Under the pieces are notes generated by a model, which worked only from the letters and a program-made list of their open reading frames with translations, did not search any database and was not told the DNA's origin. The translations under genes and the position numbers were made by a program. A stretch of DNA of 64,000 nucleotides from Macrostomum lignano (Eukaryota): the NCBI GenBank assembly GCA_002269645.1, contig NIVC01001340.1:323919-387918 (forward strand). The letters run 5' to 3'. This document shows positions 28,493 to 40,643 of the stretch, piece after piece; position 1 is the stretch's first letter, and each line of letters starts with the position of its first letter.

Positions 28493-28620
28493 CTACTAAA
28501 GATCCGGTCAGACCAATGGGCTCACAATAACAAAAGTTTTGAATTTCGAACTCAGAGATATTATTTCAATAAACAAACTAAACAGCAATAGTTTAAAACA
28601 TGGATTGTCACTCAACCGCT

Positions 28621-29978
28621 TCACTCAGCCTTGCTTTGCGTGGCCTGCTTAGCCAACTCCTTGGCCTCCTTAACCAACGCCTTCACCTTCTCATATTTTG
28701 GCGCCTTCTGGTGCGCCGGCGCCATGGCCGTGTTGTAGATGGTGCCCAGCAGGATGCCGGCCAGGACGCCGCATAGGGCGCCGTTGATGCCGCCGACTGC
28801 GGCTCCGGCCGCGGTGCTGGCGATGCCGAACCGGTCCTGGCGGACCTGATTGAAGTTGTAGCGCAGGCGGTAGGCCCTGCGGCGACGGCGGCGAGGAGGT
28901 GCGTTTGAGTTCCATTTGTCAAAACTCACTGGCGGTTGCAAGGTCATTAGCTAAAGTCATCAGCTAAGATCACTGACTAAGGTCACTGGCTAAGGTCATC
29001 AGCTAAAGTCACTGGCTAAGGTGGGCTAAGGTCATCAGCTAAAGTCACTGGCTAAGGTCACTGGCTAAGGTCATCAGCTAAGGTCACTGGCTAAGGTCAC
29101 TGGCTAAGGTCAACAGCTTAAGTCACTGGCTAAGGTCACTGGCTAAGGTCACTGGCTAAGGTCATCAGCTAAGGTCACTGGCTAAGGTCATCAGCTTAAG
29201 TCACTGGCTAAGGTCACTGGCTAAGGTCACTGGCTAAGGTCACTGGCTAAGGTCACTGGCTAAGGTCATCAGCTTAAGTCACTGGCTAAGGTCACTGGCT
29301 AAGGTCATCAGCTAAGGTCACTGGCTAAGGTCACTGGCTAAGGTCACTGGCTAAGGTTATCAGCTGTCATTAGCTAAGGTCACTGGCCAAGGTCATTAGC
29401 TAAGGTCACTGGCCAAGGTCATTAGCTAAGGTCACTGGCTAAGGTCATTAGCTAAGGTCACTGGCCAAGGTCATTAGCTAAGGTCACTGGCCAAGGTCAT
29501 TAGCTAAGGTCACTGGATAAGGTCATTAGCTAAGGTCACTGGATAAGGTCATTAGCTAAGGTCACTGGATAAGGTCATTAGCCAAGGTCACCGCCTAATG
29601 TACAGTGCACCATTTTATACCATAGACAGCAGCTAAATAGGACACAACAAGCAGCACAATAATGACTCACCTATCGTACATGGCCACATCGGGGTCACCC
29701 CGGGTCATGCCGATGGTCATGGCGGGGCCCAGCGGCAGGCCGGCCAGGGCGCCCACCCGGCCGAACCGCAGCGCTCTGGCGGCCAAGCCGGAGAAATTCC
29801 GCGGCCCCCTGATCGCCGTGACAACCGGGGCGACCATCGCCATGCTGACGAAGATGCCGAACTGAACGCCACGGTAGGTGGTGTGGGTGTACAGCTCCAG
29901 GCTGGGGTGCGGGATGTTCTCCAGCTCCTCGTCTGACACAGTCAGGCCGATCGTGTTTTTCACGTAAGCCAGCGTCAT
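28621..29978 (-). CDS. Small membrane protein, DUF1757-like, paralog A (2 exons, 187 aa)
   Basis: Exons 29978-29671 and 28876-28621 (phase 2, GT-AG). ENIPHPSLELYTHTT...YDRAYRLRYNFNQVRQDR with Gly-rich hydrophobic helices. Family assigned from memory. Confidence 0.8.
28945..29590. repeat. 13-bp minisatellite (ctaaggtcactgg), paralog A intron
   Basis: Directly visible. Confidence 0.95.
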
Positions 29979-30034
29979 GGCTGCAGCTGCTGCTGATGGT
30001 TGAATGCAAGCAATACTGGATCAGTTTGCAGTCC

Positions 30035-31290
30035 TAACTGTAACAGAAAGCCTGTTAGTCACTGTAACAGAAAGCCTGACACTGTAACAGAAAGCCTGTC
30101 ACTGTAACAGAAAGCCTGACACTGTAACAGAAACCCTGACACTGTAACAGAAAGCCTGTCACTGTAACAGAAAGCCTGTCACTGTAACAGAAAGCCTGAC
30201 ACTGTAACAGAAAGCCTGACACTGTAACAGAAAGCCTGACACTGTAACAGAAAGCCTGACACTGTAACAGAAAGCCTGACACTGTAACAGAAAGCCTGAC
30301 ACTGTAACAGAAAGCCTGTCACTGTAACAGAAAGCCTGACACTGTAACAGAAAGCCTGACACTGTAACAGAAAGCCTGACACTGTAACAGAAACCCTGAC
30401 ACTGTAACAGAAAGCCTGTCACTGTAACAGAAAGCCTGACACTGTAACAGAAAGCCTGACACTGTAACAGAAAGCCTGACACTGTAACAGAAAGCCTGAC
30501 ACTGTAACAGAAAGCCTGTCACTGTAACAGAAAGCCTGACACTGTAACAGAAAGCCTGACACTGTAACAGAAAGCCTGACACTGTAACAGAAAGCCTGAC
30601 ACTGTAACAGAAAGCCTGACACTGTAACAGAAAGCCTGACACTGTAACAGCAACCCTGTCACTTTAACAGAAAGCCTGGCACTGTAACAGAAAGCCTGAC
30701 ACTGTAACAGAAAGCCTGACACTGTAACAGCAACCCTGTCACTTTAACAGAAAGCCTGGCACTGTAACAGAAAGCCTGACACTATAACAGAAAGCCTGAC
30801 ACTGTAACAGCAACCCTGTCAGTCACTGTAACAGAAAGCCTGACACTGTAACAGCAACCCTGTCACTGTAACAGAAAGCCTGACACTGTAACAGCAACCC
30901 TGTCACTGTAACAGAAAGCCTGACACTGTAACAGCAACCCTGTCAGTCACTGTAACAGAAAGCCTGACACTGTAACAGCAACCCTGTCACTGTAACAGAA
31001 AGCCTGACACTGTAACAGCAACCCTGTCACTGTAACAGAAAGCCTGACACTGTAACAGCAACCCTGTCACTGTAACAGCAAGCCTGACACTGTAACAGCA
31101 ACCCTGTCACTGTAACAGAAAGCCTGACACTGCAACAGCAACCCTGTCAGTCACTGTAACAGAAAGCCTGGCACTGTAACAGCAACCCTTTCACTGTAAC
31201 AGAAAGCCTGACACTGTAACAGCAACCCTGTCACTGTAACAGAAAGCCTGGCACTGTAACAGCAACCCTGTCACTGTAACAGAAAGCCTG
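30035..31290. repeat. 20-bp minisatellite (actgtaacagaaagcctgac)
   Basis: Directly visible, just upstream of the paralog A ATG. Confidence 0.97.
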
Positions 31291-31871
31291 TTATTCACTA
31301 TAATAGAAATCCTTTCCCACTAACAGAAACCCTACTGAGCGGGAATTCCCAATTGAAAACAGTGTATAAAACAAACAAAAATGGTATAAAAATATTTCTA
31401 ATAGAAATTCACTACAACAATAATGAGTAAGTGGCCAGTATATTTTAAATAGAATTATTATACATTTTGCAGACGGAAATAATATCATACCTTTTGTATG
31501 TATGCATATATATTGTTATAAAATTTAAATATGCACGAATGGTCAGCGCTGGCGAAAGATAAGTAAATAGAAAATTGTGGGAAAATTCCAAATTTTGAAA
31601 GACTACTACTGTAAGTAATAGTAGTGAAAAATATTTGGAAAATTTTTATATTATAACTACGATTTCTAAATTAAGATACTCTTCATCTCTACTATCAGTA
31701 GCGTATAAAATATATAGTTAAAATATGCATAAGGATTATGGATTGAATTTAAGCGATTTCCAAAACAGCGCTAAACAATTTAAAGAAGAAATTTCGAAAA
31801 TATTTTCTTTGGCTGGTTAAAATTTGCTAAACGACGAAAATCAGAATTGAGAACCATCGGATTAATTTAGG

Positions 31872-34110
31872 CTACTGCTGACGCTTAGCCGCCTGCACTT
31901 TAGACTTCAGCTGGTCGGTCAGCGGCGCTTCGCCTCTCTCCCTATTAGCCAGCAGGCTGTTGTAGGCTGTTGCCAAGGCGATGCCGCCAAGGATGCCAAC
32001 AAGGGCACCGGCCGGACCGTTGCTGGCGCCGCCGATGCTGGCGCCAATGAGGAAGTAGCGATCGTGGCGCACCTAGGGGCGAGCGATGGGTGTCGTTAAT
32101 ATAAGCCTCGTGAAGTCATTCTCGTTGTGTTAGCGCTTAACCTTCTACTAACTCAGTAGGCTAGTTAGAGTGCAATTAGAGTTAAATTGTGTTAGCGCTT
32201 AACTTTCTACTAACTCAGTAGGCTAGTTAGAGTGCAATTAGAGTTAAATTGTGTTAGCGCTTAACTTTCTACTAACTCAGTAGGCTAGTTAGAGTGCAAT
32301 TAGAGTTAAATTGTGTGAGTTGTTTGCAATGACTCTTTGACGATTCTTGTCACGATAACGCTTTCAACAGGCTGTGTGAGCGCGTGTGAGTGTGAGCCTG
32401 CGTACAGTATTGGCGAGCTTGCATGTGCTCAGGAGTCAGTGGAATGAGCAGCATTGCATTGACACTGGTTGTGTAAAACGATGTAACACCTGATTGGAGT
32501 GGTACCGCAGCCGGTACACCCTGTCATAGACGGCGATCTCCGGCTCCTTTCGCATTGCCGCATAAGTCACCAGCGGAGCGGCGACGGCCCCAACTCGAGC
32601 CCCGGTGACGCCGTAGCGAAGAGCCCGATCGGCGAGATCCGACAGGGTCCGGGGGCCGCCGATTGCCGTGACCAGGGGGGCTGCAACAAGGGAGCCCAGC
32701 ACTGCGCCGGCCTGGGATGGTGCGGAGTAAGATGTTGGAATTGAGTCTGCATAGAATAACACACATTAACAACTGTACATAACACACAACTGTACATAAC
32801 ACACAACTGTGCATAACACACATAACTGTCAGCAACTCAGTCTACCATAACCCACAGTCCAATCGCTCATAACCCAATGTCCAATCGCTCATAACCCAGT
32901 GTCCAATCGCTCCTAACCCACAGTCCAATCGCTCATAACCCAATGTCCAATCGCTCATAACCCACAGTCCAATCGCTCATAACCCAGTGTCCAATCGCAC
33001 ATAACCCACAGTCCAATCGCTCATAACCCACAGTCCAATCGCTCATAACCCACAGTGTCCAATCGCTCATAACCCACAGTGTCCAATCGCTCATAACTCA
33101 CAGTCCAATCGCTCATAACCCACAGTCCAATCGCTCATAACCCACAGTGTCCAATCGCTCATAACCCACAGCCCAATCGCTCATAACCCACAGTCAAATC
33201 ACTCATAACCCACAGTCCGATCGCTCATAACCCACAGTCCAATCGCTCATAACCCACAGTGTCCAATCGCTCATAACCCACAGTCCAATCGCTCATAACC
33301 CACAATCCAATCGCTCATAACCCACAGTGTCCAATCGCTCATAACCCACAGCCCAATCGCTCATAACCCACAGTCCAATCGCTCATAACCCACAGTCCAA
33401 TCACTCATAACCCACAGTCCAATCGCTCATAACCCACAGTCCAATCGCTCATAACCCACAGTCCAATCACTCATAACCCACAGTCCAATCGCTCATAACC
33501 CACAGTCCAATCGCTCATAACCCACAGTCCAATCGCTCATAACTCACAGTCCAATCGCTTATAACCCACAGTTCAATCGCTCATAACCCACAGTCCAATC
33601 GCTCATAACCCACAGTCCAATCGCTCATAACTCACAGTCCAATCGCTCATAACCCACAGTCCAATCGCTCATAACCCACAGTCCAATCGCTCATAACTCA
33701 CAGTCCAATCGCTCATAACCCACAGTCCAATCGCTCATAACCCACAGTCCAATCGCTCATAACCCACAGTCCAATCGCTCATAACCCACAGTCCAATCGC
33801 TCATAACCCACAGTGTCCAATCGCTCATAACCCACAGTCCAATCACTCATAACCCACAGTCCAATCGCTCATAACCCACAGTCCAATCGCTCATAACCCA
33901 CAGTCCAATCACTCATAACCCACAGTCCAATCGCTCATAACCCACAGTCCAATCGCTCATAACCCACAGTTGAACACAGAATGCATTATTCACCTGAATA
34001 AACCGAACAGTGGTGTGCAGCGTCAGTTCCACATTGGGATGCGGGATGTTCTCTAATTCCTCATCTGTCACAGGAACACCCATCAGGTTTTTTAGGTAAG
34101 CGCTAGTCAT
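31872..34110 (-). CDS. DUF1757-like paralog B (3 exons, 179 aa)
   Basis: Exons 34110-33994, 32711-32490, 32072-31872 (all phase 0). ENIPHPNVELTLHTT...YDRVYRLRYHSNQVRHDR is clearly homologous to paralog A. Confidence 0.82.
32830..33970. repeat. 22-24-bp minisatellite (cccacagtccaatcgctcataa), paralog B intron 1
   Basis: Directly visible. Confidence 0.97.
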
Positions 34111-34504
34111 GGTGGCTGTTAAATCAATTTGACAACAGAGCTGAAAATTGAAAAAAATATTTATAAATAGTGAGAATTTTATCAAAATAAAATGAAAGTT
34201 TCACTAAATATACTTAAGTTGGACAGAGTCCGAAATATGAATAGGTTTTTAATCCATAAGGCAAACACGCGGAACCATGGTGTGAATATTATATCAGTTA
34301 TTATTTATTCATTTATTATTCATAATTTATAAATTAAGGTTGCGCAATTACATTCAAATTCGAATATACCAACAGATTTTGTGCAGCACGCGCTACTAGT
34401 AAGTAGAGCGAACAGGAAAAAACGCAGAAAATGCTGAGAAGTACAATAAATAGACAAAAGAAAGTATTGGGTAAGCAAAGTGAAACACACCGATGTTGCT
34501 GAGT

Positions 34505-35820
34505 TCCAGATGCTTCAGTGCCCCCCCCCAGATGCTTCAGTGGCCCCCCCCCAGATGCTTCAGTGCCCCCCCCCAGATGCTTCAGTGCCCCCCCAGATGC
34601 TTCAGTGCCCCCCCCAGATGCTTCAGTGCCCCCCAGATGCTTCAGTGCCCCCCCAGATGCTTCAGTGCCCCCCCCAGATGCTTCAGTGCCCCCCCCAGAT
34701 GCTTCAGTGCCCCCCCCAGATGCTTCAGTGCCCCCCAGATGCTTCAGTGCCCCCCCCAGATGCTTCAGTGCCCCCCCCAGATGCTTCAGTGCCCCCCCCA
34801 GATGCTTCAGTGGCCGCTGCCCCCCTTGTTAGATGCTTCAGTGGCCGCTGCCCCCCTCCCAGATGCTTCAGTGGCCGCTGCCCCCCTTGTTAGATGCTTC
34901 AGTGGCCGCTGCCCCCCTTGTTAGATGCTTCAGTGGCCGCTGCCCCCCTCCCAGATGCTTCAGTGGCCGCTGCCCCCCTCCCAGATGCTTCAGTGGCCGC
35001 TGCCCCGCCTCCCAGATGCTTCAGTGGCCGCTGCCCCCCTTGTTAGATGCTTCAGTGGCCGCTGCCCCCCTTGTTAGATGCTTCAGTGGCCGCTGCCCCC
35101 CTCCCAGATGCTTCAGTGGCCGCTGCCCCCCTCCCAGATGCTTCAGTGGCCGCTGCCCCCCTCCCAGATGCTTCAGTGGCCGCTGCCCCGCCTCCCAGAT
35201 GCTTCAGTGGCCGCTGCCCCTCTCAGATGCTTCAGTGGCCGCTGCCCCCCCTCAGATGCTGTAGTGGCCGCTGCCCCCTTGTCAGATGCTTCAGTGGCCG
35301 CTGCCCCCCCTCAGATGCTGTAGTGGCCGCTGCCCCTTGTCAGATGCTTCAGTGGCCGCTGCCCCCCCTCAGATGCTGTAGTGGCCGCTGCCCCCTTGTC
35401 AGATGCTTCAGTGGCCGCTGCCCCCCCTCAGATGCTGTAGTGGCCGCTGCCCCCTTGTCAGATGCTTCAGTGGCCGCTGCCCCCCCTCAGATGCTGTAGT
35501 GGCCGCTGCCCCCTTGTCAGATGCTTCAGTGGCCGCTGCCCCGCCTCCCAGATGTTTCAGTGGCCACTGCCCCGCCTCATAGATGCTTCCCCTCAGATGC
35601 TTCAGTGGCCGCTGCCCCCCCCCTCAGATGCTGTAGTGGCCGCTGCCCCCCTTGTCAGATGCTTCAGTGGCCGCTGCCTCGCCTCCCAGATGCTTCAGTG
35701 GCCGCTGCCCGCCTCCCAGATCCTTCAGTGGCCGCTGCCCCCCCTCCCCAGATGCTTTAGTGGCCGCTGCCCCCCCCCTCCCCAGATGCTTCAGTGGCCG
35801 CTGCCCCCCCCCCAGATGAT
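34505..35820. repeat. C-rich variable-unit minisatellite (cagatgcttcagtggccgctgccccc)
   Basis: Directly visible; starts about 60 bp after the CFDP1 stop codon. Confidence 0.95.
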
Positions 35821-35882
35821 TCAGTGGACCTCCGATCATCACCATGGAAACAAAGAGTCTCTCAGTTGGTCGCTGCTCAGCC

Positions 35883-36941
35883 TTAAGACTTTGCCCCGCC
35901 CTGCTGGCCGCCGCGGCCGCTGGCCAGCCGGGCATCTCTCTCCTGCTCGTAGCGCCTGTAGTCGGCCCGCTCCAAGAAGGCCTGCCGGTCCAAGTAGCCG
36001 GACTTGCCTCGGTTGTACGCGGCCAGATCTTCGCCGATGCCTTCGCTAGATTTGAAGGATTCCCAGTCTAGCCGGGACTTCTCCAGCGTTGACAATTTCG
36101 GCCGCTTAGTCAGCCGGTCAAGGAGGCTGGTCACGCCTTTGGGGGCGGCGGCTGCCGGGCGCTTCGTTGAACAGCCCGACGACGGAGAAGCGATTGGAAC
36201 GGCCACCGACTCGCCCGCGAATTCGAATATTTTGGTAGCTTGAGTAGCTGTAGCGCTTTTCGAGGCGTCAGTGGTCGCCTTAGTAACCAAATCTGTATTC
36301 TTAGCAACGTTGTCGGTCGCCTTAGCAACGGTATCTGTTACCTTAGCAACGGTGTCGGTTGCCTTAGCAACGGTATCGGTTGTCTTAGCAACGGTGTCGG
36401 TTGCCTTAGCAACGGTATCTGTTTCCTTAGCAACGGTATCTGTTTCCTTAGCAACGGTGTCGGTTGCCTTAGCAACGGACGAGGAAGCGGGCTTGGCAGG
36501 CCGAACGTCGGCCAAGAAGCTGGCCCAAAGAGCATCGGCTCGGCGTTTCTCCTGTTCATCTGCTACATCAGCCGCCGGCTCATCAAGTCCAGCCGTTGTT
36601 AGTGATGAAGAGGGAGTCGGCTTAGCGGGCGCTTCATCTTCAGCCTCTCCCTCCAGTCGGATTCCACCCCGTCTAAATCTGTTAACCCGACCGGGAAGCT
36701 CCACCTTCTTAGCTTGAGTTTTTGACTTCTTTGTTGTTTGTTGCTTTTTACTGCTTGAATTATCACCGGCTCCATTTAATCCAGCTTCCTCGTTTGGATT
36801 CTCTTCATCATCATCTTCATCATCAACATCATCATCGTCATCAAGCTCCTTCTCGTCGGGCACGTACTCGGAATCGTCGCTCGAATCGTCGTCCTGATCT
36901 GAGTCCAACTGGCGCTTGTCAGCAAAGAATAACGCAGCCAT
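35883..36941 (-). CDS. CFDP1: Craniofacial development protein 1 / BCNT (Swc5), single coding exon, 352 aa
   Basis: Acidic N-terminus (DSSDDSEYVPDE), RADALWASF, and BCNT domain KLSTLEKSRLDWESFK...GYLDRQAFLERADYRRYEQERDAR. Confidence 0.93.
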   Translation of the reverse strand: MAALFFADKRQLDSDQDDDSSDDSEYVPDEKELDDDDDVDDEDDDEENPNEEAGLNGAGDNSSSKKQQTTKKSKTQAKKVELPGRVNRFRRGGIRLEGEAEDEAPAKPTPSSSLTTAGLDEPAADVADEQEKRRADALWASFLADVRPAKPASSSVAKATDTVAKETDTVAKETDTVAKATDTVAKTTDTVAKATDTVAKVTDTVAKATDNVAKNTDLVTKATTDASKSATATQATKIFEFAGESVAVPIASPSSGCSTKRPAAAAPKGVTSLLDRLTKRPKLSTLEKSRLDWESFKSSEGIGEDLAAYNRGKSGYLDRQAFLERADYRRYEQERDARLASGRGGQQGGAKS

Positions 36942-37959
36942 TATTGGTATTCACTGACGGGTTTCTCTGGATTCGCTGAAGTTGGCACATGCACAGATGA
37001 CGGTTAGTATAACTGTGAGCAGTCAGTGGATTCGTCATCAAATCAAGAAAACAGCTGACCCGCAGTCAGCGAGAAGGCAAGCACATAGCTACATGCCCAT
37101 TCTGCTGACCCCTGAGCAATCATACACACGCTCACACAGGGTGTACAGCGGCCCAGACTTTCTAATCGTGAGGAATGTAGGCAACACAATTAGTAAAAAA
37201 CTACTAATCAGATAACGAGGTAATTACGTATTTAATTAAAAGCAATAGTTACTCCCGCCGTTTACCTCTACTAGCCTAGACCACAACAGTCATTTTAGTT
37301 AATTAATATTAAAGATAGGAAGGACTAAAGGACTAAATATAAGCTTTAACCAGACGCTTTGTAGGCAACTGCTGGCTAAAGGCAGTTGATAGATAGCTGG
37401 ACCTCTAACTGACTGGACAGACAGAGAAAGAGAGAAAATCTTGTCAGTTTGTGTGCTCGAAAAGTGAGGAGAGTCAGAGAGGGGAGGGTGAGAGAGAGAG
37501 AGAGCACGATCATGCGCGAACTCAAACAGCATAGCATTTGGAAGCTTTTGGATTTAATCTGACTATTGCTAAGTGTTTACACAATACCCTGTAGGGGTTA
37601 GCAGTGAATGGAGAAGCGGACAGGACTCTAGAGCTCATATGCGCGAGTGAATTATCTGCCTACCAAACTTATTTCGTAGGTTTCACGTAAAGTGCACGAG
37701 ACTGTACAAAAATATAGTACAATAAAATAAAAAAACGTTCAAATAATCTCACATAAGAGACCATACAGTCTCATGGAAACACTGTCTAATACAGTAGTAT
37801 TAAATTAAATAGAATACCTAGCTAATTATAATAAATAGTGATAAGTTGAACTGGGCCACAACTTGATACAAAAACCTACAATCAATACAATGCCATAAGC
37901 CCATAATGCTACTGCTACCTGACTACTAATTAAGTAGAGTGAATTAAGGTTTTTCGATG

Positions 37960-38360
37960 GGACACTGCTATCTGACCTGACCTACAGGTCCTTCATTTGG
38001 GTCAACTGCTACCTAAACTACAGGTCCTTCATTTGGGTGTTGGGTCAACTGCTACCTGAACTACAGGTCCTTTATTTGGATCAAATTGCTACCTGAACTA
38101 CAGGTCCTTCATTTGGGTGTTGGGTCAACTGCTACCTGAACTACAGGTCCTTCATTTGGATCAAATTGCTACCTGAACTACAGGTCCTTCATTTGGGTCA
38201 ACTGCTACCTGACCTACAACTCCTTTATTTGGGTCAACTGCTACTTGACCTACAGGTCCTTCATTTCGGTCAACTGTTACCTACCTGACCTACAGGTACT
38301 TCATTTGGGTAAACTGCTACTTGACTTATAGGTCTTTCATTTTTTCAACTGCCATTTGAC
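37960..38360. repeat. About 35-bp degenerate tandem repeat
   Basis: ctgctacctgaactacaggtccttcatttgggtcaa units. Confidence 0.88.
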
Positions 38361-39803
38361 TTATAATTATAAATTCTTCATTTTTGGTCAATTTCTAATA
38401 GAAAGATAGGATTCCTAAAATCTTAAGAAAGATTCTGGTCTTTTATTTAGATCAACTATTACTTAGCTTTCGGGTCAGGTTTATAATGATTGCTTATTCA
38501 AATAATAACTTATTTAAGACATTTTCTCCAAAAAACATTATATTTAATTATTTAATCCCAATAACAAATGGAATAAGATACAAGGCTATGTAACATAGCA
38601 ATAAAGTAAATATTGATAAAAAATAATTATATTTGATATACATAATTATATGATTATTTTAATGATTATGAGGTTCTATTCTAAATAGATCTAGCTTTGA
38701 ATTTTGAAATATGCTAAAAATTGAAATATTTTCAGATTTATATTTGATTTATATCTAAAAATATTATATAAAATTTAGAACTTGATATTAAACTGACTGA
38801 GTGACTCTAAGTAAGCTTTTCTATTATACATTTCTTCTATGTTTGTTTATATAAATATATTATAACAGTTATAGTTTTTGTTATTATGGATATTCCTAGA
38901 CCTAGGCCTAATAATATTAGTAATATATATATTTTATAATTTATAGTTATTTATATTAAAATTATGAAAATTTAGTTGTTGTAGTTCTACTATGGCTATA
39001 TAGTAGAGGTTGGACAGTATTGAAATCTTTGGATAGGGCCTAAAATTGGGATTGGGAATAATTTATTCTCGGGATAGGGATTTGGGAATTGGGATCAAGT
39101 CTTTCAATGTATTGTCCATATAAACAAAATTGAGCAAAAAATTTCAAGATCAAAAAGTGAAACACAAAATTGATGCAAAGTTTTGTAACCAAAAAGTAAT
39201 AACATAATGAGTACAAGTTAAAACAAAATACATTCAAGCAAGTAATCACAAGGCCTAATTAGATAAATTTTTAATCAGAAGACCTGTTCCCAATTCTCAT
39301 GTTTTTAGGGCCAGGATTCTGGTCCTGTGAGAATCCAATTTTCCTTGGGATCCCAAGATTTTGGGATTGGGATTAGGATCCTATCTAATTTCTATTATGT
39401 AGAATAATTTATTTTATATTATAAATGAAGTTAAGTTTTAGTGTGTTTTACTAAGAAGGCCCCTAACTTATTTATTACTAGGCCTAAGCAAGATTTAATA
39501 TTAGTAAGGGCCTAAGTTGGTAGGCCTAGGCTTAATGCTTATTACTATTATTATTAGACTATCCTAATTAATTAATTTAATATAATAATAGTTTTGAATA
39601 ATTAAAAATTTAACTAAGCTTTACTTAGTTATTATATAAAATAAATTATTCTTAATTTGCATTTTTGCCTAATAAATTTATAATATTTAGTAGGCCTAGT
39701 ACTGTCTATAGTAAAAAAGCCTAGGTAGTAGCCTGTCTTAGAAGAAACAATTCTTGTTAAAATGTTTTAATACAACTATTTCAATAACAATAACAACTAT
39801 TCA

Positions 39804-40101
39804 CATACATGCGCAACAGTCGGCCGAGTCGGCCGATCCGGCCGACCGATTTGGCGGCCAATCAAGGAAGTCGCAAAAATGCCCACCCAAAAAATAACCT
39901 GAAGAGTAGTACTAAGTAGCTGACGAGGCATTTTAGGTTAATAAAACAGTCATAGTTACTCCTGCCGTTTACCCAAAGTTGCGTTAATTTTGCTTTCGGG
40001 TTTTTTTATATGTAAGTCGCATTTTTGGCCAAAAACTACGTCGCATTTTTGTTAAAACTAAGTCGCACGGCTGACCGAATTTTGGAGGTTGCACATGTAT
40101 G
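39804..40101. mobile_element. hAT-type MITE (298 bp)
   Basis: TIR catacatg(c/t)gcaac with a perfect 8-bp TSD actattca (39796-39803 and 40102-40109). Confidence 0.88.
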
Positions 40102-40464
40102 ACTATTCAATTTATAATTTATATAATTATACATCTTTTCTCTGAACCATCAGATTCAACATACATTTATAGATAGATAGAATTAGGAATTTTAGTTTAT
40201 TTCAGTTTTACACTTTTACTGATTAATTTTCTTCTTTTTATCTACTATCTATACTTTTAAAAAAAATTAATGGCATTATGAAAACATAATAAACAATAAA
40301 TCAAATAAATTTTGGTTTTTAACATTACAAAAACATAAATCATAAAAGCATAGGGGGGGGGGCTATCTATAACTGTAGGAGGGCTTGGAGGTGTTGGAAG
40401 GAACAGACAGTGCTCTGACATGAGGAAAATCACTTTTAAATTATTCTCTGCTTGCGTTTGAATC

Positions 40465-40643
40465 CAGGGGTGGATTCAGAGGGGGGCAAGGGGGGCGGCC
40501 CCCCCTCAGCCGCGGCCAAAAAAATGTTGATCATACTTTTTGGCCCGCTACTATGCCAGGTCTATTTTCCAATATGGGGTTGCAGTGCTTGGTATAACTT
40601 GGCCGTTGGCCCCCTCCTCAAAAAATTTCTGGATCCGCGCCTG
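40465..40643. mobile_element. hAT-type MITE (179 bp)
   Basis: Imperfect TIR caggggtggattcag / ctggatccgcgcctg with a perfect 8-bp TSD tttgaatc. Confidence 0.88.
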
